The translations under genes and the position numbers were made by a program. A stretch of DNA of 53,061 nucleotides from Candidatus Woesebacteria bacterium. Its GTDB lineage: Bacteria; Patescibacteriota; Microgenomatia; UBA1400; UBA12028. The DNA lies in assembly GCA_018060955.1 (NCBI GenBank), contig JAGOVC010000002.1:1-53061 (forward strand). Reading direction: 5' to 3'. Positions 20,285 through 29,484 of the stretch are shown here, in pieces (position 1 is the stretch's first letter; the number at the start of each line of letters is the position of its first letter). A model generated the notes under the pieces. It was not told where the DNA came from, searched no databases, and worked only from the letters and a program-made list of their open reading frames with translations.

Positions 20285-20311
20285 ATAGATCTTTTTGCTC
20301 TCAGCTTGCTC

Positions 20312-20340
20312 TTGTGTTTTTTCGTTCTATTGCGTATAAT
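20312..20340 (+). promoter_or_regulatory. candidate sigma70-type promoter for rpoD
   Basis: TTGTGT (20312-20317), 17 nt, TATAAT (20335-20340). Confidence 0.4.
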
Positions 20341-20499
20341 CACTCTATTATTTGCTTGAGGTAGGCCATAGTCCAATATACTATTTTGCACGGTACAAAT
20401 CATTCACGTGCTCCAAGTTCTCAAGCAATATTAACCGTACAATTTTCCAAATAACCCATGCCTGGCAGAACCTGCACAGGCTTTTTATCTATTTCGTTT

Positions 20500-21594
20500 A
20501 TGACAACAACATTGAAAAATGCGATTGACGAGCTCGTGAAGCGTGGAAAGAATCAGGGGTACCTTACCCAGGATGATATCCTCGCAGTTTTTGCAGAGCC
20601 AGAAGAACACGTAACCCAGCTCGACGATTTTTATAAGAAGGTGTTTTCCTTTGGAATTGACGTGTTTGAAAATGTTTCTGAAGAAGACATGAAACAGGAT
20701 GCCGCTGTTTCTACGGACTTAGAAAAAGAATTAGAAATGTTGTCCTCCCTGGATGATAAGAGTGTTTCCGATCCTGTCCGCATGTACCTAAAAGAGATCG
20801 GTCGTATCCCACTGTTAAATCGAGAAGAAGAAGTAGATTTAGCGCAGCGTGTAGAACAAGGTGATTTGCAAGCCAAAGCAAAGCTTACCGAAAGTAACTT
20901 GCGTCTCGTTGTTTCCATTGCCAAAAAATATATCGGTCGTGGAATGACATTTTTAGACCTGATCCAAGAAGGAAATAAAGGTTTAATTCGTGCAGTTGAA
21001 AAATACGACTGGACCAAAGGATTTAAATTCTCTACGTATGCTACATGGTGGATCCGTCAGGCAATTACCCGTGCTATCGCAGACCAAGCACGTACGATCC
21101 GTATCCCAGTCCACATGGTGGAAACCATCAATAAGATGATGCGGGTACAGCGTAAATTGATGCAGGATTTGGGAAGAGAACCAGAACCATCGGAAATTGC
21201 GATCGCCATGGGTGATCAAATGGATGAAGAAAAAGTACGTGAGATCATGAAGATCTCGCAAAAGACAACTTCCTTGGAAACTCCGATTGGTGATGATGAA
21301 GATTCCTATTTGGGTGATTTTATCGCGGACGAAACTCAAGCTTCTCCGTATGATGCGACGAGCAAGAAGCTTTTAAAAGAAAATATTGATGAGGTTCTTT
21401 CTGCGCTTTCTGATCGGGAAGCAAAAGTACTCGCTATGCGATTTGGCCTCAATGGCGCACGACCGATGACCTTAGAAGAAGTAGGACAAAAATTCGGAGT
21501 TACGCGTGAGCGTATTCGTCAGATCGAAGCCAAAGCACTGCGTAAACTTCGTCATCCTTCCAAGCGTAAGAGACTGCAAGATTTCTTAGAGTAA
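20500..21594 (+). CDS. rpoD: RNA polymerase primary sigma factor
   Basis: Regions 2-4: [80 protein letters not shown]. The start is taken at ATG 20500 ([17 protein letters not shown]). Confidence 0.9.
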   Translation: MTTTLKNAIDELVKRGKNQGYLTQDDILAVFAEPEEHVTQLDDFYKKVFSFGIDVFENVSEEDMKQDAAVSTDLEKELEMLSSLDDKSVSDPVRMYLKEIGRIPLLNREEEVDLAQRVEQGDLQAKAKLTESNLRLVVSIAKKYIGRGMTFLDLIQEGNKGLIRAVEKYDWTKGFKFSTYATWWIRQAITRAIADQARTIRIPVHMVETINKMMRVQRKLMQDLGREPEPSEIAIAMGDQMDEEKVREIMKISQKTTSLETPIGDDEDSYLGDFIADETQASPYDATSKKLLKENIDEVLSALSDREAKVLAMRFGLNGARPMTLEEVGQKFGVTRERIRQIEAKALRKLRHPSKRKRLQDFLE

Positions 21595-21596
21595 TA

Positions 21597-21989
21597 TCAA
21601 TCACGAATGATCATCGTCCATTTCTCGTTATTTGTTGGATGATTTGGGACGCCTTTCCTGCCAGTCCAAATATCTGTTTCTACTAGTAAAGTACCCGTGT
21701 TTAGTGTCAAATTTCCCAATTCAAAGCTTCTCGTTCCAGGCAGAATTTGACTCTCTATAGTAAGCACAGTGGGAGGTGGAATTTTCTTTCCTGATTCCAA
21801 AAGAACGGTAATGAGGTGATATACAATCACTAACTCTTCACCGTTAGATATTGTTAAAAGCTCGGGGTTTGTAATCATTTCCAGAATAACTTGATAGGTA
21901 CCAGGTCGACAAGATCGAGCATCAGCCTCCACTCCGTTCTCATCTTGGAAAGATAGATTCAATTGTATTGCTGCAGTTTTTTCAGCCAT
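21597..21989 (-). CDS. hypothetical protein
   Basis: 130-aa ORF convergent with rpoD. No motif recognised. Confidence 0.45.
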   Translation of the reverse strand: MAEKTAAIQLNLSFQDENGVEADARSCRPGTYQVILEMITNPELLTISNGEELVIVYHLITVLLESGKKIPPPTVLTIESQILPGTRSFELGNLTLNTGTLLVETDIWTGRKGVPNHPTNNEKWTMIIRD

Positions 21990-22052
21990 AGTATTCCTTT
22001 TGGCTAGGATTTTAACATGACAAACCGATGACTATAAACTATAGTAGATCCT

Positions 22053-23150
22053 ATGGATTCCAAAGTTGCTCAAACCACTGTTCCCGTTGCCACTGATACT
22101 ATCGAAGATGCCTTGCTTGCGGAAGTAAAAACACTGCGCGACAAAATCGGTACCGTTAAACTTCCCGATGAAATGCGGGTTAAAGCCAACATGGTCTTGG
22201 ATCGACTAGAGCGCAATGTTCGCTTGCGTTCCTATGGTGAAGAATTTGAAAAAACCTCCCATTACATAGAATGGATTTCTACATTGCCCTGGGAGCAACG
22301 AACCCAAGACAACTTAGATTTAGTTCATGCAAAAGAAATTTTAGACAAGCATCACTACGGACTCAATGATGTCAAAGAACGCATCCTCCAGTTCGTCTCG
22401 ATTTTAAATTTGAAGACGCAAAAAAATCCGGATGGAAATATCAAAGCCCCCATCCTGTTGTTGGTAGGTTTAGTAGGAACAGGGAAGACAACCTTTGCCT
22501 ATTCCTTAGCGGAAGCTCTAGGACGGAAAATTGTCCGTATTCCTTTTGGTGGAATGGGAAGTGCTCGCGATTTGCGTGGACAGTCTCGACTGCATATTGA
22601 ATCAGAACCCGGAGCCGTCATTAAAGGCTTACGCCAATCCGGAGTCAAGAATCCGATCATGTTGTTAGACGAAATCGATCGTGTGACCGAAGATGCACGT
22701 ATGGACATCATGGGTGTTTTGGTAGAGTTACTCGACCCATCCCAGAACTATGCGTTTGTGGACCATTATATTGACTATCCGGTGGATCTCTCCGAGGTAT
22801 TGTTTATCGCTACAGCCAACAATACCCGCGGAATTGCTACTGCGGTGATGGATCGTTTGGAACAGCTCGATATGCCGTCGTATTCCGACGAAGAAAAAAT
22901 TCATATTGCTCGAGAATATTTGCTGCCCAGAGCGTTGGAGGAAAGTGGGTTGGATGTGGGTAGTTTGGTTGTGGATGAAGCCGTATGGCCAAATGTGGTG
23001 CGCCCCTTAGGATTCGACTCTGGTATCCGTACACTACAGCGTACGATTAAGAATATGTGTGGCAAGGTTGCAAAAGAAATTGTTGAAAAAAAGGTTGCTA
23101 CCGTTCAGGTGACTGCAGAAAACGTTAAATTCTATTTGCCACAATACTAG
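22053..23150 (+). CDS. Lon-like AAA+ ATPase lacking the N-terminal substrate domain and the protease domain
   Basis: YIEWISTLPWEQRTQDNLDLVHAKEILDKHHYGLNDVKERILQF, Walker A LVGLVGTGKTT, Walker B IMLLDEIDRV. The ORF ends at the alpha-subdomain (GIRTLQRTIKNMCGKVAKEI) with no Ser-Lys protease region. Confidence 0.8.
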   Translation: MDSKVAQTTVPVATDTIEDALLAEVKTLRDKIGTVKLPDEMRVKANMVLDRLERNVRLRSYGEEFEKTSHYIEWISTLPWEQRTQDNLDLVHAKEILDKHHYGLNDVKERILQFVSILNLKTQKNPDGNIKAPILLLVGLVGTGKTTFAYSLAEALGRKIVRIPFGGMGSARDLRGQSRLHIESEPGAVIKGLRQSGVKNPIMLLDEIDRVTEDARMDIMGVLVELLDPSQNYAFVDHYIDYPVDLSEVLFIATANNTRGIATAVMDRLEQLDMPSYSDEEKIHIAREYLLPRALEESGLDVGSLVVDEAVWPNVVRPLGFDSGIRTLQRTIKNMCGKVAKEIVEKKVATVQVTAENVKFYLPQY

Positions 23151-23233
23151 ATTTTGCCCAAAATTGCTGTGCGTTGATTCATACTTGATTCCCATTTCTT
23201 GCCTGGTAGACTGAACTCTTAATTGTTTTTCCT

Positions 23234-23797
23234 ATGACAAGACAAACTAGTATTCGCATCCTTACCTATGCTGGTGGGGTGGTTCTCATTATTTTTGTTC
23301 TGTTCCTTTCCATTACCCGGCAAGCGTTATATGCGCCGACCTTGGAAGAGCAACAAGCACGTTCAAAGATTCCGATCTCTACGCGATTAACGGAACTTCA
23401 GGCTTGGCCACCCACTCCCGACCACCCTTTCTATCCGATTCGCATGGTTTGGGATCAGATTGATTTGCGATTCACTTCAGGACCAGAAAGAGTAGAAAAG
23501 AAGTTTTCTTTTGCAAAAGAGCGCATGCGGTCAGCCTCAATTCTTCTGTCTCGTGGACGGTATTCACTGGCGTTAACTACTTTAACCAAGGCAGGAAAAT
23601 ATACGATTAGTGCCGCAATCGATGCGGATGCGGTCTATGCCAATCAGTCCACCCAATTTCGGGAGTCTGTGAAGGCAGAAGTGGCTTCGCAGCAATTAGA
23701 ACTAGAACGTCTAAAACCGTTCTTTAACGACGGCCAACGGGCAGAAATTGATCGCTTGATTGCGGAACTTTCCATTCTTTCCTCCCGCTTTCCCTAA
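23234..23797 (+). CDS. membrane-anchored helical protein (DUF5667-like)
   Basis: N-terminal TM segment, then PDHPFYPIRMVWDQIDLRF and helical repeats typical of DUF5667 as I recall it. Confidence 0.5.
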   Translation: MTRQTSIRILTYAGGVVLIIFVLFLSITRQALYAPTLEEQQARSKIPISTRLTELQAWPPTPDHPFYPIRMVWDQIDLRFTSGPERVEKKFSFAKERMRSASILLSRGRYSLALTTLTKAGKYTISAAIDADAVYANQSTQFRESVKAEVASQQLELERLKPFFNDGQRAEIDRLIAELSILSSRFP

Positions 23798-23874
23798 CCT
23801 GTTTCCTGCAGAAACTGCAACAATTCCTTCAAGCTCTGGTAGAGATAGATTGATGGGGTTCTTTCTAGTTGACC

Positions 23875-23924
23875 CCTACTAACGCTAGTGGTTCACTTAT
23901 CTTCCGATAACTATATATAGTGGT
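23875..23924 (+). promoter_or_regulatory. tandem NrdR boxes upstream of nrdR-nrdJ
   Basis: Box 2 core CTATATATAG (23911-23920) fits the NrdR-box palindrome. Box 1 core CTAACGCTAG (23879-23888) is weaker. Both are followed by TGGT, and the centres are 32 nt apart (three helical turns). Confidence 0.6.
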
Positions 23925-23976
23925 ATTGTCAAAGAAGTGACGACTCCTTTCCCAATACACCAGAGTAAAAGATCGT

Positions 23977-24450
23977 ATGCGCTGTCCCTATTGCTTACAT
24001 GCCGAAACCGCAGTATTAGAATCTCGAATTGCGGAAAATGGACGAGCCCTGCGCCGTCGTCGGTCCTGTAGCAAGTGCGGGAAGCGATTTACAACTTATG
24101 AACGGGTAGAAGGAATTGACATTACCGTTATAAAGAAGGACGGAGAAAAAGAACGATTTGATCGAGAGAAAATGCGAAAGGGGATTTTAAAAGCCACATG
24201 GAATCGACCAGTTAGTCTAGAGCAAGTCGAGGAATTGATGGATGAAGTAGAGCGCGAGTTACGAAAGCGCAACAGTAGTGAGGTCAAAAGTTTTGAAATC
24301 GGAAAAGAAGTCTTAACACGGTTACGCAAATTAGATGCACTGTCATCGTTATTGTTTGCCAGTGTGTATCGAGATTTTCGCACGCTAGAGGATTTTGAAT
24401 CAGAACTGGGCAAGCTCATGCAAGAGCAACAACCAGATACAAGTCGGTAA
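23977..24450 (+). CDS. nrdR: transcriptional repressor NrdR
   Basis: MRCPYCLHAETAVLESR...RRRRSCSKCGKRFTTYERVE zinc ribbon plus an ATP-cone. Confidence 0.9.
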   Translation: MRCPYCLHAETAVLESRIAENGRALRRRRSCSKCGKRFTTYERVEGIDITVIKKDGEKERFDREKMRKGILKATWNRPVSLEQVEELMDEVERELRKRNSSEVKSFEIGKEVLTRLRKLDALSSLLFASVYRDFRTLEDFESELGKLMQEQQPDTSR

Positions 24451-24468
24451 TCATAGTAGGGAGAAGAT

Positions 24469-26778
24469 ATGGAACAACCAATTTCAGGTTCGTCAGCAAA
24501 GAAGAGACGGCTACATACACAAGATCAAAAATTGGATGGTAATGGGAAAGCGGTTGCCACCAAAAAGAAACGAGTTGTTGGAGCAGTTGCTTCAACCCGC
24601 AACTGGGTGCCAAAGAAGATGAAGTTTGAAATTCGAAAACTTGCACTCGGGATGGGTGAAGCCGTTGCTAAGAGAACAATCTTACGCAAGAAAGCAGATG
24701 GATCAGTAGAAACTTGGGGAGAAGTAGCCGAGCGCGTCGCCGCAGGAAACGTTGCCTTACTTCCCGCAAAACTACAACAAGAACAAGAGTCCGAATATGC
24801 GGTGCTCTATAAGCACATTGCCAACGGATCGATGCTCATGTCCGGACGTCATCTCCAACACGGAGATTTGACCCAACCAACGCGCAACATGGAAGTATTT
24901 ACCAACTGTGCAACGTCTTCTTCGTCCTTTATTCTCTTTTATCTCCTCCTCAACGGATCCGGGGTGGGACGATCGTATGATGATGATATGTGTGTGGTCA
25001 ACTGGGATAACATGCCCATCATCCACTGTGTGATCGATGAAAAGCACGGAGATTTTGAATGGGGTACCGATGAAAGTGTGAAAGATGCCAAACACAAATA
25101 TAAAGACGCGATCTGGTATGAAGTGCCAGACTCCCGCGAAGGATGGGCATCTGCAGTCGAAAAAATGGAAGTCATGGCGTATGAAAAAAAGTATAAGAAT
25201 GACACTCTGATCTTAGACTTCTCTAAGGTTCGTCCCAAAGGGGCTCCGATTGGTGGAATGCAGAATCGACCAGCATCTGGTCCCAAGCCGTTGATGAATG
25301 CAATTTCCAAGGTTGCCACAATAAAGAATGCTGGCATGAGTGCCTGGAAACAAGCAATCTTTGTTGATCATTACCTGGCGGAATGTGTGTTGGTTGGGGG
25401 AGCACGACGGGCCGCCCGGATTGCCACCAAAGTATGGACTGATGCAGAGATCTTTGACTTTATCGAAATCAAGCGTGGAGGTTTCTTGTGGAGTGCCAAC
25501 AACTCGATTGCAGTCGATGAGAAATTTTGGAAGCAAAAGACCAAGCACTCGCAGAAAGTATTAGATTTAGTGCTCAAGGCATCCTATCATGATGGAACCG
25601 GAGAACCGGGATTTGTTAACCAGCATCGATTTGTGCAAAACGATGAAAACTATGATGGCTATATGGACGGAAAGTATGCCACCAGTCCGAAATACAAGCC
25701 GTTTAAGAACACGGAAAAGATGCTTTCCTTGATTGCCAAGCATGCTGGCGCAAAATACTATGCCCAGATCCCAAACCCATGTGGAGAGATTTCATTGAAT
25801 ATGCTGGGTGGATACTGTGTGATCGGTGATGTCGTTCCCTACTTTGCACCCAACGATGACGATGCAGAAGAAGCATTTCGAGCCATGGTCCGAGCGCTCA
25901 TACGTGTGAACACCATGGACTGTCTCTACAAAAAAGAAGTTAAACGCACCAACCGTATCGGTGTGTCCATGACAGGGCTGCATGAATTTGCCTGGAATCG
26001 CTTTGGCTATGGATTCCGTGATCTGGTGAATGAAGAGAAGAGCAAGGATTTTTGGTTGACGCTCTCCCGTTTCAAGCGAGCGGTCGTTGAAGAATCAACC
26101 GTGTATAGCAAGAAAATGGGAGTCACCGTTCCCCATACGAATACCACCATCAAACCAGCAGGAACCACTAGCAAACTGTTTGGATTAACGGAAGGAGCCC
26201 ATCTTCCGAGTATGCGCGAGTATATTCGTTGGGTGCAGTTTAGAAACGATGACCCGTTAGTCAAAAAGTATCGCAAAATGGGGTATCCAACCAAAGAACT
26301 CCAAAGCTACTCGGGAACCACGGTTATTGGCTTCCCAACCCAACCGGAAATCTGTCAGCTTGGAATGGGGAATGAATTAGTAACAGCTGCAGAAGCTACC
26401 CCAGAAGAACAATACAAGTGGTTAATGCTCTTGGAAAAGTATTGGATCCAGGGTGTGGACACAAATGGAGAAGCCTTAGAGGATACGGGAAACCAAGTGA
26501 GTTATACCTTAAAGTATAACCCCAAGAAGGTGAAGTTTAAGGACTTTGCCAAGATGGTTCGCCTGTATCAGTCTCAAGTGAAGTGCTGTTCCGTCATGCC
26601 ACAGACCGATGCTACCGCCTATGAGTATCAGCCAGAACAACCAGTAACGATTGTAGAGTTTGAAGCAATCCGACGCGAAATCCGTGCCGATGAGGATCTT
26701 GCTGAAAAGGCAGAAAAGCTCACGGAAGACATTGATCTAGAGAGCTTAAAGTGTGCCTCTGGAGCATGTCCAATCTAA
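24469..26778 (+). CDS. nrdJ: adenosylcobalamin-dependent ribonucleoside-triphosphate reductase (class II, monomeric RTPR type)
   Basis: NPCGEISL, PDSREGW, RPASGPKPL, NRIGVSMTGL, TIKPAGTTSKL and the C-terminal redox pair CASGACPI, all parallel to Lactobacillus leichmannii RTPR as I remember it. SD GGGAGAAGAT precedes the ATG. Confidence 0.9.
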   Translation: MEQPISGSSAKKRRLHTQDQKLDGNGKAVATKKKRVVGAVASTRNWVPKKMKFEIRKLALGMGEAVAKRTILRKKADGSVETWGEVAERVAAGNVALLPAKLQQEQESEYAVLYKHIANGSMLMSGRHLQHGDLTQPTRNMEVFTNCATSSSSFILFYLLLNGSGVGRSYDDDMCVVNWDNMPIIHCVIDEKHGDFEWGTDESVKDAKHKYKDAIWYEVPDSREGWASAVEKMEVMAYEKKYKNDTLILDFSKVRPKGAPIGGMQNRPASGPKPLMNAISKVATIKNAGMSAWKQAIFVDHYLAECVLVGGARRAARIATKVWTDAEIFDFIEIKRGGFLWSANNSIAVDEKFWKQKTKHSQKVLDLVLKASYHDGTGEPGFVNQHRFVQNDENYDGYMDGKYATSPKYKPFKNTEKMLSLIAKHAGAKYYAQIPNPCGEISLNMLGGYCVIGDVVPYFAPNDDDAEEAFRAMVRALIRVNTMDCLYKKEVKRTNRIGVSMTGLHEFAWNRFGYGFRDLVNEEKSKDFWLTLSRFKRAVVEESTVYSKKMGVTVPHTNTTIKPAGTTSKLFGLTEGAHLPSMREYIRWVQFRNDDPLVKKYRKMGYPTKELQSYSGTTVIGFPTQPEICQLGMGNELVTAAEATPEEQYKWLMLLEKYWIQGVDTNGEALEDTGNQVSYTLKYNPKKVKFKDFAKMVRLYQSQVKCCSVMPQTDATAYEYQPEQPVTIVEFEAIRREIRADEDLAEKAEKLTEDIDLESLKCASGACPI

Positions 26779-26809
26779 AACAACGAAATTAAGTTGAAGT
26801 TCCAACAGT

Positions 26810-26836
26810 AGGGCAGGGAAATCCTGTCCTTTGTTG
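26810..26836 (+). terminator. intrinsic terminator candidate after nrdJ
   Basis: AGGGCAGG (26810-26817), loop GAAAT, CCTGTCCT (26823-26830), followed by TTGTTGG. Confidence 0.5.
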
Positions 26837-26849
26837 GATCTTGGGGATT

Positions 26850-26873
26850 CTGCCCGCCGGTGAAGGCGGGCAG
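26850..26873. terminator. perfect 9-bp GC-rich hairpin between convergent genes (no U-tract)
   Basis: CTGCCCGCC-GGTGAA-GGCGGGCAG, read directly. Confidence 0.4.
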
Positions 26874-26888
26874 CAACAATGAACTTGC

Positions 26889-27404
26889 CTAGGGACGGAT
26901 CCTAAACTGGAACAGGACCCACCCAAGGAGGACAAAAACGCCAGCGAGCACAGGCGTACAACACACGCTCGCTAGCATTGCCATCTCGGCTGACTGGTTT
27001 GACCAGTTCACCGAGATCCAGAACGTTACAGCCATCAGCAGGAGGTAGAACCCCCCACTGACGAGGACCGGTAGCAGCCCAGGATACGAGATTTTTAGTT
27101 CCCGTACCCAGAGCTGGTGCTCCAGGATCGTGACCAGGGTTCTGATCACGATCCAGTTGATCAGCGCGGCCACGACGGCCGCCAACGGGACGTTCGCGCA
27201 GAGGATTGTCACCACTGCGCTCGACTGGGCTGCAAAACGCATGTCAACCCAGACGAAAAAAACCGCTAATACAACGAATAGGAGAGCAAAGTAGAAAAAC
27301 TTTGCTCTCCCCCAGATCCACCACGGGCGGGGTGGATGTAGCTCGTGCTTGTCCACTGCTTCCTCGCGATATATTTTGGCAAGAGCCAACTCCAGACAGT
27401 ACAC
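26889..27404 (-). CDS. orphan multi-TM membrane protein in a GC-rich patch
   Basis: 171-aa ORF with four to five hydrophobic helices. No motif recognised, and the composition differs from the flanks. Confidence 0.55.
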   Translation of the reverse strand: MYCLELALAKIYREEAVDKHELHPPRPWWIWGRAKFFYFALLFVVLAVFFVWVDMRFAAQSSAVVTILCANVPLAAVVAALINWIVIRTLVTILEHQLWVRELKISYPGLLPVLVSGGFYLLLMAVTFWISVNWSNQSAEMAMLASVCCTPVLAGVFVLLGWVLFQFRIRP

Positions 27405-27629
27405 GTAACGTGCGCAGTCCAGAGCTAGAGTAGGAAGAATTATATCCGAAATTCAAGAAAAAGAAACCTATAATAAGTAAGAAGCTGAAAGGGATAGCGC
27501 TATTTTTCAATTCCCGAAGTAAATTCTAGATTTAAAGAACGGCAGTTCGCTTGCACATTTTTCAAACTCTGCTAGTATCGACGCAATACCATACGAAAAA
27601 TACTTCAAGTAGAGAAAGGAATGGTAGCA

Positions 27630-28550
27630 ATGAGGTCTGTTCCTTCGATTGAACCGCTTAAAAAAGAGTTACAAACATTAAAGAAAGTACTCCTTCTTCT
27701 TTCCTCAACTCCTAACGTGGATTCGGTAGCTGCTGCCCTTGCATTCTCCATTGCGCTGCAAAAAAAAGGAATTGATGTCCATGTGGCATCTCCTTCCGAT
27801 ATGCGTGTCGAGTTCTCACGACTGGTTGGAGTCGATGGGGTAAAGAATAAGATTGGGAATCGCAATCTTGTTATTTCATTTGAGTATTCGGAAGACCGAG
27901 TCGAAAAAGTCAGTTACAACATTAGTGAAGATGGGAAGCGCTTCAACTTAGTTGTTGCTCCCAAGACCGGAGCTGTGTCATTAGATCCTGCAACAGTACA
28001 ATACGACCATACTGGAGTCGATGCGGAAGTGGTGATCATGGTTGGAGTGAGTAACTTTGCCGAACTCGGACCTTTTTATGAAGAGGAACGCAACTCGATT
28101 GAAGGTGCAAAGACCGTCGCCATTACCTTATTTCCAGCTCCCACTTTTGCCAATATCCATGTTGATGCACAAGGCTTTACCAGTCTCTGTGAGCTCATGA
28201 CTGCCTGTATTGTTCAGTTGGGGTTAGAGTTGGAAACTGACAGTGCCAATAACTTAATGTTTGGAATTGATTCCATTACCCAGTCATTGACCAGTCCTAC
28301 GGTGACAGCAGATACGTTCGAGACTGTTGCTGCCTTATTACGTGCAGGTGCTAAACGCCAACCAATGGGTCAACATGGAAATCTCACTCCAAATCAGATG
28401 CCATGGCAGCCACGACAATCAACGACAGTAGCTGCACCAGTGATGGCAACACCACCCACTTCCTTATCTGCAAATCCCTTTGCTGCTGCACTTCAAAAAT
28501 CAGCAGTGATGCCTCCAGGTCATTCTGCTACGGGGGAGCTGAAGGGGTAG
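27630..28550 (+). CDS. DHH-phosphoesterase-like protein with degenerate catalytic motifs
   Basis: VLLLLSSTPNVDSVAAALAFSIALQKKGIDVHV resembles the NrnA/DHH N-terminus, but DxD is replaced by NVD and no DHH triad is seen. The start is placed at ATG 27630 (AGGA 9 nt upstream). Confidence 0.4.
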   Translation: MRSVPSIEPLKKELQTLKKVLLLLSSTPNVDSVAAALAFSIALQKKGIDVHVASPSDMRVEFSRLVGVDGVKNKIGNRNLVISFEYSEDRVEKVSYNISEDGKRFNLVVAPKTGAVSLDPATVQYDHTGVDAEVVIMVGVSNFAELGPFYEEERNSIEGAKTVAITLFPAPTFANIHVDAQGFTSLCELMTACIVQLGLELETDSANNLMFGIDSITQSLTSPTVTADTFETVAALLRAGAKRQPMGQHGNLTPNQMPWQPRQSTTVAAPVMATPPTSLSANPFAAALQKSAVMPPGHSATGELKG

Positions 28551-28559
28551 AAAGGTTTT

Positions 28560-28817
28560 ATGGAAGGTGAGCCTCGGTCTGGGAGATTATATAGACCTCT
28601 CGTGAATTTTGTTGAACCCAAGAGCAGAGAGTTACGTGCTTCTACTGATTCGTATCTACTTTTTACTTCCAGAGTTGGAGATTCATGGTATTTTGATGTT
28701 CTTGATCCAATCTCACAAAGAACCTCAAAAATTAGTTTAAACGTACATGATCTGGAATTAATACAAGTTGAACTTAATGTGAGAGTAGAGGACATTACCA
28801 GAATGCTTAGGCAGTAA
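28560..28817 (+). CDS. hypothetical small protein
   Basis: 85-aa ORF with GAAAGG 4 nt upstream. An antisense ORF of similar length exists, so coding status is uncertain. Confidence 0.3.
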   Translation: MEGEPRSGRLYRPLVNFVEPKSRELRASTDSYLLFTSRVGDSWYFDVLDPISQRTSKISLNVHDLELIQVELNVRVEDITRMLRQ

Positions 28818-28864
28818 AACAGCAACTGCTTTCTCGAGGAGCATTTTGCTTCCAGATTGAACTT

Positions 28865-28892
28865 CTTGAGATATTTGGTACAATACCCACCT
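28865..28892 (+). promoter_or_regulatory. candidate extended -10 promoter for rpsO
   Basis: TTGAAC (28865-28870), 16 nt, TGG-TACAAT (-10 at 28887-28892). Confidence 0.45.
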
Positions 28893-28952
28893 ATAGTAAT
28901 CGTGTTACTTTTTTACCTGGATCTGTCTGGGTAAACAAGGAAGGATACACTT

Positions 28953-29222
28953 ATGTCTCTAGACAAGACAAAAAAACAAGAAATCATGAAGGAATTCGCC
29001 ACTAAAGACGGCGATACTGGATCTCCAGAAGTGCAGATTGCACTCCTTACCTACCAAGTTAATGACTTGACGGAACACTTAAAGAAACACAAGAAAGATA
29101 ACCACTCCCGAAAAGGTCTCTTGAAAATGGTTGCGAAGCGACGTCGCTTGATTAATTTCTTGCAACGTAAAGATGAGAAGCGCGCCAAAGAGGTATTGGG
29201 GAAACTCAAGCTTAGTAAATAA
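28953..29222 (+). CDS. rpsO: 30S ribosomal protein S15
   Basis: [51 protein letters not shown]. Confidence 0.95.
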   Translation: MSLDKTKKQEIMKEFATKDGDTGSPEVQIALLTYQVNDLTEHLKKHKKDNHSRKGLLKMVAKRRRLINFLQRKDEKRAKEVLGKLKLSK

Positions 29223-29243
29223 GCTTGTTAACATTGAAACGGA

Positions 29244-29279
29244 AGACTGCGCGAGGTCTTAAAAAGCTTCGTGCAGTCT
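29244..29279 (+). promoter_or_regulatory. long stem-loop in the rpsO-pnp intergenic region (processing or attenuation site candidate)
   Basis: AGACTGCGCGAGG pairs with GCTTCGTGCAGTCT (about 13 bp including G-U pairs). A second perfect 7-bp hairpin CTTGCAC-ATTTC-GTGCAAG lies at 29381-29399. Confidence 0.4.
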
Positions 29280-29484
29280 AAGGAAAAGTGGCAAAGAGAA
29301 TAAAGGATTCGCTCGTGCACATGATACCTGTGTAGGATTGAACTCTTCATTCTCTCCCAAGTTTTCTTTTTTCTTACTTTCTTGCACATTTCGTGCAAGG
29401 CTAAAAAACGCTACAATAGTGTCATATTTTATTACAAGAAAGGACTGGCTCCCGATTTAGGTGGAGCTGGAACAAACAGACAGT

